Source: an uncultured virus (IMG/VR IMGVR_UViG_3300035208_000248) (lineage: Duplodnaviria; Heunggongvirae; Uroviricota; Caudoviricetes). Taken from it: 20,000 bases of DNA. Shown here in pieces: positions 10,168 through 17,632 of this stretch. The translations under genes were made by a program, and so were the position numbers. The stretch lies in IMG/VR virus record IMGVR_UViG_3300035208_000248. The stretch is one strand, 5' to 3'. Position 1 is the stretch's first letter, and the number at the start of each line of letters is the position of its first letter. The notes below the pieces were generated by a model. That model saw only the letters and a list, made by a program, of their open reading frames with translations, ran no database searches and had not been told where the DNA came from.

Positions 10168-10684
10168 AAAATAAGTGTATCTTTCAAATTATCAACGGTC
10201 GGGTTTTTTATATCAATATAATAATATATTTGTGGTTTTATAAGTAGGTAGTTTATTTTTGTTGTTTATATTTCGTTGAAAAAGTGTATCTTTCCTTTAA
10301 AAACTGACTGCTGTAACTAGCTCTCCCGGCAAAACAGCCGGGCCTGGCACCACCCATAAGTAGGATCAGAAAAACGGCCTATCTTGCGTATACTACCTAT
10401 TTTATCCAAACACCCTATCCTATCATCCTCTGGAAAAATGGGCAATCTACGTAATCTATAGCATCTATATCGTATACATAGAATCTATAATCTATATCGT
10501 ATACATAGAATAAAGAAGGTGGAGAATATACACCGAATAGGTAAAATAGATAAACAAACCGAGAAAATCAATTTGACTACATGCCCCCTATAAGAGTGTA
10601 TCAACCTATACTATGTAATTTTCCTATTCTCACAACCCTACTATCGGGGGGAATAGAGTACTTCTGCAACAATCGACGAGAATA

Positions 10685-10730
10685 GACCTAGAATCGCTTG
10701 CAATATCCGACGTGTTCTAGGTCAAAAAAA
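10685..10730 (-). terminator. Inverted repeat next to an A-run
   Basis: GACCTAGAA (10685-10693) / TTCTAGGTC (10715-10723), then A7. The loop is long and the U-run would precede the stem on the minus strand, so terminator function is doubtful. Confidence 0.25.
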
Positions 10731-10779
10731 CTATAAACCACGATTATACACAATTCTGGCGATACTACCACTATAGGGT

Positions 10780-10812
10780 GGAAACCACACTGAGGGGGGG
10801 CGGGTGGTTTCC
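10780..10812. repeat. GC-rich inverted repeat
   Basis: Perfect 9-bp stem GGAAACCAC / GTGGTTTCC with a G-rich loop, just before the first early ORFs. Confidence 0.6.
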
Positions 10813-10952
10813 CCCTGTTTGAACTAAGGAAAATACCTATAGGAAAATGATGATTCGCTATTGACATAATGGCCGATATATTGACAATGGTTGTATGCTC
10901 CGTCTATCGGAGTGTGGGAAAATGGTTTGACAATTGCAAAGGAATACAAAAA

Positions 10953-11066
10953 ATGAAATGTCCGGTTTGTGGAAACGAAATGGTATGCACCCCCTCCGAT
11001 GGGGGGGTGTGGTTTTGGCGATGTGTCTGTCTCTACTCTTATATTGAAGGGAAAAAAAATGATTGA
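10953..11066 (+). CDS. 37-aa Zn-ribbon-like protein
   Basis: MKCPVCGNEMVCTPSDGGVWFWRCVCLYSYIEGKKND; AAAGGA RBS. This is an internal start of track ORF 10869..11066. Confidence 0.6.
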   Translation: MKCPVCGNEMVCTPSDGGVWFWRCVCLYSYIEGKKND

Positions 11067-11283
11067 CCTGCTCCGTTCCACGCAAGCTATGATGCAAAAT
11101 GGCATTCCCCCCCGAACGGGTGGGGAGATCAATACTGTAATCGAATCCCTCGAAAGAGGGGGTACTGATTATGATGATTATGCTAGGTATCTTGACAATC
11201 AAGCTATCATGGACAATCACGCCATTGCCGGAAAACAATTCTTTGTCACCCCCAATAGGGGGGAAAGGTGCTATGATGAATAA
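11059..11283 (+). CDS. Hypothetical protein (74 aa)
   Basis: MIDLLRSTQ...; GAAGGG RBS; overlaps the upstream stop (translational coupling). Confidence 0.6.
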   Translation: MIDLLRSTQAMMQNGIPPRTGGEINTVIESLERGGTDYDDYARYLDNQAIMDNHAIAGKQFFVTPNRGERCYDE

Positions 11284-11542
11284 GAAACTATTCGACACCC
11301 CCCAACTAAGGGGGATTCGACAAGAAACCCTACGGTTGTTGTGTGTAACCCCCCAAACGAAGGGGGCCAAGAGCGTTTCCCTACTATCGCTCTATCGGAG
11401 ATATAAAATGGGAAAAATAGTGGATGAAGATGAATTGCGTAGGCTAGAGAATCTAGCTACGTATACTGCTAGGGGCTGGGCGTTCGACCCCCCCGAAAGT
11501 GGGGACATTCGCAAAGCGGGACGTCCACGAAAAACAGCATAA
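11273..11542 (+). CDS. Hypothetical protein (89 aa) with C-terminal AT-hook-like GRPRK
   Basis: MMNKKLFDTPQ...RKAGRPRKTA; AAAGGTG RBS; coupled to the previous ORF. Confidence 0.65.
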   Translation: MMNKKLFDTPQLRGIRQETLRLLCVTPQTKGAKSVSLLSLYRRYKMGKIVDEDELRRLENLATYTARGWAFDPPESGDIRKAGRPRKTA

Positions 11543-11555
11543 CTATAACCCTAGT

Positions 11556-11582
11556 GGGGGGTGGGTAGCCCCCCTCTTTTTT
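11556..11582 (+). terminator. Rho-independent terminator
   Basis: GGGGGG-tgggtag-CCCCCC then TCTTTTTT, 13 nt after the stop; nested inside a TATAACCC/GGGTTATA inverted repeat. Confidence 0.7.
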
Positions 11583-11689
11583 ATCGGGTTATACCCATAC
11601 CCCCCTGGTTAAGGGGGTTTTGGGCAAGATAAATAAAATAGGCAACTATGATATTGTATGTTGCCTATTCTATGTATATTGCCTATACT

Positions 11690-11924
11690 ACCAATGTAAA
11701 AATAGGTAAAATAAGAAGATAAGATAGTCTTGGTAATGTAGAGAACCTAGATAATGTAGAGAATATAGAAAATCTAGGCGATATAAGTAGTCTGGGCCAA
11801 ACCCCCCGGATAGGTGGATAGTCCATAGCAAGTCAATATCTTATCTAATCCACCTAGTCTACCTAAAATAGTAAAAAAAACGATAAAGTTTAATAGTTGA
11901 CATAGCCGATCTTTATGGTAGAAT
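11690..11924 (+). repeat. Partial junction module (9-bp-period tract, box 2, promoter)
   Basis: 9-mer tract (aataggtaa...tgtagagaa cctagataa tgtagagaa), GTCTGGGCCAAAC at 11790, CATAGCAAGTCAA at 11824, promoter at 11897. Confidence 0.7.
11897..11924 (+). promoter_or_regulatory. Sigma-70-type early promoter
   Basis: TTGACA-N16-TAGAAT, extended TG, CCGAT in the spacer. Confidence 0.8.
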
Positions 11925-11975
11925 GAAGAACGTGAGAGGAAAACAATTCACCCATTTTTAGAAAGGTACTCGAAA

Positions 11976-12182
11976 ATGTACGTTTCCCCCAATTTTAAGA
12001 CTAAGAAAGCCCTGAAGGAAGCAGTCAAGGCCGGTCAAGTAGTGATAGTGTTTTCCCCAGGTCCATTTCCTGCCCCAGAAAATGGAACCACCTGTATTGA
12101 GGGGCCGCATTATCCACAGCCCCATAATTGGTATGCTTCGGTAGTTGTGGAAAATGGCCGTGTCGTCAAGGTTAAAGGATAG
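11976..12182 (+). CDS. Small hypothetical phage protein (68 aa)
   Basis: GAAAGGT RBS; directly after a promoter; FKTKKALKEAV...WYASVVVENGRVVKVK. Confidence 0.8.
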   Translation: MYVSPNFKTKKALKEAVKAGQVVIVFSPGPFPAPENGTTCIEGPHYPQPHNWYASVVVENGRVVKVKG

Positions 12183-12197
12183 TCAACGTTTTACCTA

Positions 12198-12225
12198 GAG
12201 GGGGACAACCACCCCTCGCATTTTT
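12198..12225 (+). terminator. Probable terminator hairpin
   Basis: GAGGGGG-acaa-CCACCCCTC then gcaTTTTT. Confidence 0.5.
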
Positions 12226-12240
12226 GTCAGGATTCCAATA

Positions 12241-12432
12241 ATGGACAATAACGATTATAAGACGGTGATTCCATCCGAAAATCGACAACACATTTTGCGA
12301 TATGTTATTCACCAAGATGATGGAACCATAGGCGGAATCATACACATTGTAAAATACAAAGATGGTTCCATCGAAGTCTATTGTACCAATAAAAAGATAT
12401 TGGAGGAAATTGACAACCATTCTTTTATCTAA
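12241..12432 (+). CDS. Hypothetical protein (63 aa)
   Basis: ORF track; CAGGA RBS. Confidence 0.65.
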   Translation: MDNNDYKTVIPSENRQHILRYVIHQDDGTIGGIIHIVKYKDGSIEVYCTNKKILEEIDNHSFI

Positions 12433-12446
12433 AAAGGATTCACACT

Positions 12447-12611
12447 ATGCTTACACTTCCACCACACCTAGAAACCGTATTTCCTCCCACTAGTCAATGG
12501 TATGATCGTATATTGTACGATTATATGGAAGGAAAATACTATGATCGGTATTCTGATATTTATCTGGAATATGATGAATTGGAAGCCTACGGACTAGGTG
12601 TAGCAAAATAG
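12447..12611 (+). CDS. Small Tyr/acid-rich protein (54 aa)
   Basis: Own translation MLTLPPHLETVFPPTSQWYDRILYDYMEGKYYDRYSDIYLEYDELEAYGLGVAK; AAAGGA RBS. Confidence 0.7.
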   Translation: MLTLPPHLETVFPPTSQWYDRILYDYMEGKYYDRYSDIYLEYDELEAYGLGVAK

Positions 12612-12632
12612 TCAAAACAAAGAAAGTATACC

Positions 12633-12812
12633 ATGAAAAGTTATGATTTTAATACCTGTATCTATAACGGCAATATATATTGTAATGAATGTTTACCCGA
12701 AAATATCACAACAGACATAGCCGATCCTATTTTTGCCGATAGTGAATGGGATTATATTCCTAATTGTTGTGTATGTGGTCAACAGCATGATTATATTATC
12801 TGTTTGAACTAG
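12633..12812 (+). CDS. Small Cys-rich, probable Zn-binding protein (59 aa)
   Basis: Own translation MKSYDFNTCIYNGNIYCNECLP...PIFADSEWDYIPNCCVCGQQHDYIICLN (CxxC...CxxC). Confidence 0.7.
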   Translation: MKSYDFNTCIYNGNIYCNECLPENITTDIADPIFADSEWDYIPNCCVCGQQHDYIICLN

Positions 12813-12824
12813 TCAATATGGATA

Positions 12825-13404
12825 GTTTACGGTAAACACCTAGTCTGCCGGTTTCACCCAAACCGCCGCAGTCGATATAGTCTGTATAGTCTATGTAGAT
12901 TATTTATTTTATCTAAATTATACATTTTACCAAGATTACCCAATTTACCTATTTTACCCAGTCTATGTGTCTTACCCAAACTAACACGACCAGAATAATT
13001 CATAGCAAGCCAAAGTCAACCCAGTCTATTTATTTTACGTGTCTTACCCAAACTACCACCATAAGAATAATTCATAGCAAGCCAAACTACCCAATTTATC
13101 TGTTTTACCCAAACTAACATCGTCGGCATTTTACCTATTTTACCTATTTTATCTAAACAGCGTAGATTATCCAAACAATGTATATTATCTATCTTATTCA
13201 TATTATTCATATTATGTATACGATGTAGATGATGTAGATAACATAGATGATGTGTTTGACCCAAACTAACACGTTCGCCTGAATCAATTTGATCACACCC
13301 GAAAAAGGAAAGTGTTATCAGTTTGAATACAAAATAATAATCAAAATGATTTTAATTTTTTGGGTAATTTTAATGGTTGACAATGCCGATACCTATGATA
13401 TAAT
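12825..13404 (+). repeat. Junction module copy A (expanded)
   Basis: GTTT/GTCT-N5-AAAC boxes at 12851, 12969, 13041, 13102, 13254; CATAGCAAGCCAAA at 13001 and 13073; ATCA-N3-TGA at 13283, 13317, 13340; 9-bp tracts; promoter at 13377. Confidence 0.85.
13377..13404 (+). promoter_or_regulatory. Sigma-70-type early promoter
   Basis: TTGACA-atgccgatacctatga-TATAAT (N16). Confidence 0.85.
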
Positions 13405-13450
13405 GAACACGTAATCAGTAAACATGCTTTCTGCAATAGCGGAGAATACA

Positions 13451-13576
13451 ATGTATTGGTTTGAGGTAAAATTGCGAAACGGCACATACGAAAACGTCCA
13501 AGCATCCACAGAAGAAGAAGTCTGGTATGAATACGGAGACTTGGCTATGTGGGTAGAATTGAAAGGAATCTGGTAA
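13451..13576 (+). CDS. Hypothetical protein (41 aa)
   Basis: Own translation MYWFEVKLRNGTYENVQASTEEEVWYEYGDLAMWVELKGIW; GGAG RBS. Confidence 0.65.
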   Translation: MYWFEVKLRNGTYENVQASTEEEVWYEYGDLAMWVELKGIW

Positions 13577-13599
13577 ACCTTTTATACTAGGGGAAAACT

Positions 13600-13758
13600 A
13601 TGTACAGAAAAGATTTTATCGCTCTTGCTAAAGCTATCGGTGGTATAGTTGACAATAACGAACGTCAACGCATGACAACACTAATAGGAGAAGTCTACCA
13701 ATCACATAATCCTAATTTTAATTGGAAAAAATAGAATAGGGCTTGCAATATCCAATAA
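13600..13758 (+). pseudogene. Small phage protein apparently cut by an in-frame TAG at 13732
   Basis: MYRKDFIALAKAI...HNPNFNWKK*NRACNIQ*; AGGGG RBS. The frame continues 7 codons past the TAG to TAA at 13756-13758, just before the next gene's leader. Confidence 0.5.
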
Positions 13759-13783
13759 CTAACAAACAGAAGGAAAACAGATT

Positions 13784-13975
13784 ATGAAGTACACAGTCAA
13801 AGCGTATGAAGTGTATTCAGTCGATATTGACGTGGAAGCAGAAGATGTGGACGACGCTCGACAAAAAGCAGAAGATATATTATCAGCCGGAGAATACGAA
13901 AACGGTCAGGTCTTATCAGAAAGCGTATACGATTTTACAATGGATTCTGACGATTGGACAGTTTGGGAAAATTAA
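13784..13975 (+). CDS. Small acidic protein, DpnD/PcfM-like VEAExxxxA pattern; paralog of 16662..16889
   Basis: MKYTVKAYEVYSVDIDVEAEDVDDARQKA; GAAGGA RBS. Confidence 0.75.
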   Translation: MKYTVKAYEVYSVDIDVEAEDVDDARQKAEDILSAGEYENGQVLSESVYDFTMDSDDWTVWEN

Positions 13976-13992
13976 ACTATCCATTTTAATTA

Positions 13993-14020
13993 TTGACATT
14001 TTACAACCGTATGATATAAT
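13993..14020 (+). promoter_or_regulatory. Sigma-70-type early promoter
   Basis: TTGACA-N16-TATAAT with extended TG. Confidence 0.85.
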
Positions 14021-14065
14021 GTTAATATAAGTAATAACCACCACTTTTTAATCAGGATCAAAACT

Positions 14066-14230
14066 ATGGATTACGATTATTACGACGAAAACGATTTTGA
14101 CTACGAAGATGCAACAGATAATGATTACGATTATGACGATATGGACGGAGATTTTGATAGTGCTATGTCGTCAGCAGGGTTTGGCACCGACGAAGATTAT
14201 AACTACTATGGGGAGGATGATTATAGCTAA
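14066..14230 (+). CDS. Extremely acidic 54-aa protein
   Basis: Own translation MDYDYYDENDFDYEDATDNDYDYDDMDGDFDSAMSSAGFGTDEDYNYYGEDDYS; CAGGA RBS; has its own promoter. Confidence 0.8.
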   Translation: MDYDYYDENDFDYEDATDNDYDYDDMDGDFDSAMSSAGFGTDEDYNYYGEDDYS

Positions 14231-14542
14231 TAATGGTGGGTGAAAGGGTTTGCGGTAAACCCAGAAAACCGCAGGTGGAAGGTTTACCTAAACCCCCACG
14301 GTCGGCATAGTCTATTTATTTTATTCATCTTGCCTATTTTATCCATTTTATCTAACTCATCTAGTTTGCCTATTTTACCAGTCTTACCCAAACCACCATC
14401 ATAAAAATAATTTATAGCAAGCCAAATTATCTATTTTATCTGTTTTACCCAAACTAACACGTTATCGCGAATCATTTTGATCTCACTCTATCGGAGGATG
14501 TGTTATCATTTTGATTTTTAATTTTTTGACTAATTTTAATAC

Positions 14543-14570
14543 TTGACAATGCCGATAAAAATGATATAAT
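14543..14570 (+). promoter_or_regulatory. Sigma-70-type early promoter
   Basis: TTGACA-atgccgataaaaatga-TATAAT (N16). Confidence 0.85.
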
Positions 14571-14695
14571 AATAGAAAATACTAAGAATGTTTTATCTAA
14601 ACCCCCCAAATCGAGGGGGTATATTATATTTATACTATCTTACCTATCTTATCTATTTTACCCAGAATAATAAAAAAAACAGTAAAGAATAATGG

Positions 14696-14723
14696 TTGAC
14701 AATCCGATATATTATGGTATATT
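14696..14723 (+). promoter_or_regulatory. Sigma-70-type early promoter
   Basis: TTGACA-atccgatatattatgg-TATATT (N16). Confidence 0.75.
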
Positions 14724-14763
14724 AGGACATAAGCAATAACACCCACTAACTAAGAAGACTACT

Positions 14764-15516
14764 ATGTTACATTTTTCTTTTGCTAATACCAAAACTAAGC
14801 AATTGCGTCAAGTTTTTGGATTGTCCAAAAAATATAAGGTCTATTCTTTCGACTTACCCAGTGGATATACATGTCCAGGGGCAAAAGATTGCAAGTCTAG
14901 GGCGATTGTTGGATTGAATGGCAAAGCTACAATTCAAGATAGCCCACAATGTAAGTTTCGGTGCTTCTCTGCTAGTCAGGAAACATTGTTTCCACTAGTT
15001 AGGCGTAATAGACAAAATAACTTGAATACTCTTAAAAAGTTATCCTTGACGAATATGGTCAAGACTATTATGTCGTCAATTCCACCCGACGCCAAGATTA
15101 TCCGGTTGCATGTTGGGGGCGACTTTTTTAATCTTACCTATCTTAAGGCTTGGATTAAAGTTAGTTTACTATGCCCCCATATTGGATTTTACGCCTATAC
15201 AAAAAGTCTACACTTGCTAGCAAAAGCCCTGCCACTATTGCCTAATGCTAAACTGTCTAGGGGACAACTCACTCCTAATTTTCGCATAACTGCTAGTCGA
15301 GGGGGTAAATATGACTATCTAATCGACCAATTAGGAATAAGAGAAGCTAAAGTAGTCTACTCTGAAAATGAAACCACCTTGCCTATAGACCATACCGACG
15401 AACATGCCGCAAAACTAGGGGGGTCGTTTGCCTTACTTATCCATAATATACAACCAAAAAATAGTATAGCTGCTATAGCATTATCAAAACTTAGAAAAAA
15501 GTTAGCTAAAGTTTGA
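14764..15516 (+). CDS. GP88-family-like phage protein (Cys-cluster, radical-SAM-like fold)
   Basis: SFDLPSGYTCPGAKDC...CFSA...IRLHVGGDFF...W...FYAYTKS pattern, recognised by eye. Confidence 0.7.
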   Translation: MLHFSFANTKTKQLRQVFGLSKKYKVYSFDLPSGYTCPGAKDCKSRAIVGLNGKATIQDSPQCKFRCFSASQETLFPLVRRNRQNNLNTLKKLSLTNMVKTIMSSIPPDAKIIRLHVGGDFFNLTYLKAWIKVSLLCPHIGFYAYTKSLHLLAKALPLLPNAKLSRGQLTPNFRITASRGGKYDYLIDQLGIREAKVVYSENETTLPIDHTDEHAAKLGGSFALLIHNIQPKNSIAAIALSKLRKKLAKV

Positions 15517-16239
15517 TACTTTATGGCACCATTGAATAAAATCTTGTTGTAATAAGGTATTTTTCATAAAGTTAATAGTCCTATGTACCCATTGTACATT
15601 ATCTATACTATAACCTTTAGTATTATCAATCCTATCTAATGATGCAGTTTTATTTTCAAAAGATATTGTTTCGTTAGATAATGCACATTTACTATTTTGT
15701 TTATAAAACAAGTCTAATAACTCATTTTGTGTCATACAAAAATCATAACCTCTACGTTTAGCGTTTTGTTGAATATTCTTAAAATATACAGATATAGTAG
15801 CTTTTGTTCTACCATTAGACATATTAGGAACATTGTGAAAGTTTTTTTTCATACACCCACAAGATGAACAATTACCATTAGTTAAATATTCTGATATAGT
15901 TTCATATTCATTACCACAATCACACCGAAGTTTCCAAACCACACACCGTCTTTTACTTATACATCCTTTATAGTAATAACCGGCAAAAGCAATAACTATA
16001 CCATAACCAAACCTTTTTCCTAATAAATTACAACGACGTAAACAACCACAACTACGAGTATTACCAGATAATAAATGTTGTGTAGTTGTTATATATTCTT
16101 GTCCACAATCACATTTTAGTAACCATTCCTGATATTGTCTAGGATATTTACCATGTCCTATAGTTCTGACACCTACTTCTGATACAACAACACCCAATTC
16201 AAATCTTCGTCCGATTAAATTATGTTTTTTTCTTAACAT
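15502..16239 (-). CDS. HNH-type homing endonuclease with repeated CDCG/SCGC Zn modules
   Basis: Two LxGxRFx...WxLxCDCG...GNxxSCGC repeats, then CALS...SLDRIDNTKGYSIDNVQWVHRTINFMK. The only credible minus-strand gene in the early region. Confidence 0.8.
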   Translation of the reverse strand: MLRKKHNLIGRRFELGVVVSEVGVRTIGHGKYPRQYQEWLLKCDCGQEYITTTQHLLSGNTRSCGCLRRCNLLGKRFGYGIVIAFAGYYYKGCISKRRCVVWKLRCDCGNEYETISEYLTNGNCSSCGCMKKNFHNVPNMSNGRTKATISVYFKNIQQNAKRRGYDFCMTQNELLDLFYKQNSKCALSNETISFENKTASLDRIDNTKGYSIDNVQWVHRTINFMKNTLLQQDFIQWCHKVSNFS

Positions 16240-16334
16240 GATAATATACCCTTTATTTGTTCTTATTATTACACGGTTAATATAATATACACCAAAAAGG
16301 TATAAAGAGTACTAAACAAAACTAATTTTAATAG

Positions 16335-16362
16335 TTGACAATAACCGATTATATGTTATAAT
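16335..16362 (+). promoter_or_regulatory. Sigma-70-type early promoter
   Basis: TTGACA-ataaccgattatatgt-TATAAT (N16). Confidence 0.85.
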
Positions 16363-16408
16363 GACAGAGTAATTTCTAACCACTAACTTTTTTACTAAGG
16401 TTTGTATC

Positions 16409-16630
16409 ATGTCGATAGTTACACACAACGCAACGGTTGAGAAAATCCTGTCTCAGGGTATGGTCGAAACCCTAGAATTAGTCGATGGGAATAAAAAAAT
16501 GTTTGCTGTCAAGGATAGGGAAGGTAGACATTTATGCGTTTTCCACATAGTCTATTATGGCGGTAGTGATTATGTCGAATTGTACGCCACCGATAAGGAA
16601 TACTTTGAAAATATCACGGAAAAAGTCTAA
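16409..16630 (+). CDS. Hypothetical protein (73 aa)
   Basis: ORF track; TAAGG RBS; follows a promoter. Confidence 0.75.
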   Translation: MSIVTHNATVEKILSQGMVETLELVDGNKKMFAVKDREGRHLCVFHIVYYGGSDYVELYATDKEYFENITEKV

Positions 16631-16661
16631 TCTACTTATATGACTAACAAACAGAAAAACC

Positions 16662-16889
16662 ATGAATAAGTATACAGTCAAACTATATGAGATTCATTCT
16701 ACGGAAATTACGGTAGAAGCGTATAGCGAAGAAGAAGCTAGAGAAAAAATATATCTACATGGACTTCTTCAAACCAAACCAATTATTGAATATTCAACAC
16801 GATATGAATACACCACCGATTCGCGTTTTTGGCCAGTATGGAACCACGAAAAACACAATTGGGATATTATCAAAGAATTAGATATCTAA
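16662..16889 (+). CDS. Small protein, paralog of 13784..13975
   Basis: MNKYTVKLYEIHSTEITVEAYSEEEAREK...YEYTTDSRFWPVW. Confidence 0.75.
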   Translation: MNKYTVKLYEIHSTEITVEAYSEEEAREKIYLHGLLQTKPIIEYSTRYEYTTDSRFWPVWNHEKHNWDIIKELDI

Positions 16890-16893
16890 AATC

Positions 16894-16921
16894 TTGACAA
16901 AAACTAAGTCTATGGTATAAT
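16894..16921 (+). promoter_or_regulatory. Sigma-70-type early promoter
   Basis: TTGACA-N16-TATAAT with extended TG. Confidence 0.85.
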
Positions 16922-16966
16922 GTAGCCAAAGACAAAAACCTCTCTTTTTAATCAAGGATTAAGACA

Positions 16967-17158
16967 ATGTTGACAGAAACTAAGGGAATTGTGAAGTTCC
17001 GCTACCACGGCAATATTCGTCTGGTTCGGCTTGACAGCGTAACCGTCAAAAATGGCATTCTGAAACTGACTGGGTGGGATTTTTCGGTTCCACTTGACAA
17101 TGGTGGTTATGGGGCTTACCGCTCTTTCGTCGCCCCTAAAATTAGGGTTATCGACTAA
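16967..17158 (+). CDS. Stand-alone WYL-like (SH3/Sm-like) small protein
   Basis: VKFRYHG.IRLV...LTGWD...YRSF...KI resembles the WYL FxY...RxV...LxxxD...RxFxxxxI pattern; AAGGA RBS. Confidence 0.55.
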   Translation: MLTETKGIVKFRYHGNIRLVRLDSVTVKNGILKLTGWDFSVPLDNGGYGAYRSFVAPKIRVID

Positions 17159-17465
17159 CCAATAAAAAAGTCAAAGATAGGTTTTCGGTTATCCTTGCAA
17201 AACCGACGGGAGATGGTTTACCCAAACCCCTCCGGTCGCCAAAGTCTGCCTATTTAGTCTAGTCTATTTAATCTGTGTCTTTTATCTGTGTTATCTATTT
17301 TATCTGTCTTGCCCAAACCCCCATCATAGAATAACCCACAGCAAGCCAAATTACCAATTTTAGCTGTTTTACCTAAACTAACATCTTAACGGAATCAAAT
17401 TGACTACACTCTACTGGGGGAATGTTATCAAAATGATTTTATGTAAAAAAGAATAAAGATAATGG

Positions 17466-17493
17466 TTGACAACAACCGATAATATGATATAAT
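17466..17493 (+). promoter_or_regulatory. Sigma-70-type early promoter
   Basis: TTGACA-acaaccgataatatga-TATAAT (N16). Confidence 0.85.
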
Positions 17494-17632
17494 GGAAGTG
17501 TAAACAAAAAATAATCTAATAAGGGAGTTTTATCTAAACCCCCCAAATCGGTGGGGTCTGTTTATTCTGTTTATCTTACCTATCTTCTTCATTTTATCTA
17601 TATTATTTTAGAAAATCTTTTAAGTTTAATGG

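Larger units (their letters stand above)
14246..14723 (+). repeat. Junction module copy B with tandem promoters
   Basis: Boxes at 14281, 14381, 14442, 14590; TATAGCAAGCCAAA at 14413; ATCA-N3-TGA at 14471 and 14505; promoters at 14543 and 14696. Confidence 0.85.

Noticed and set aside
13016..13264. Minus-strand ORF with tripeptide periodicity (also 19260..19505 and 19295..19492)
   Set aside because: These are by-products of reading the 9-bp-period tracts and boxes. They have no RBS and the frames are not preserved across module copies.
13261..13330. Integron attC-like site (CTAAC...GTT)
   Set aside because: There is no proper RYYYAAC/GTTRRRY pair with complementary L boxes, the cassettes carry their own promoters, and no integrase is in the window.
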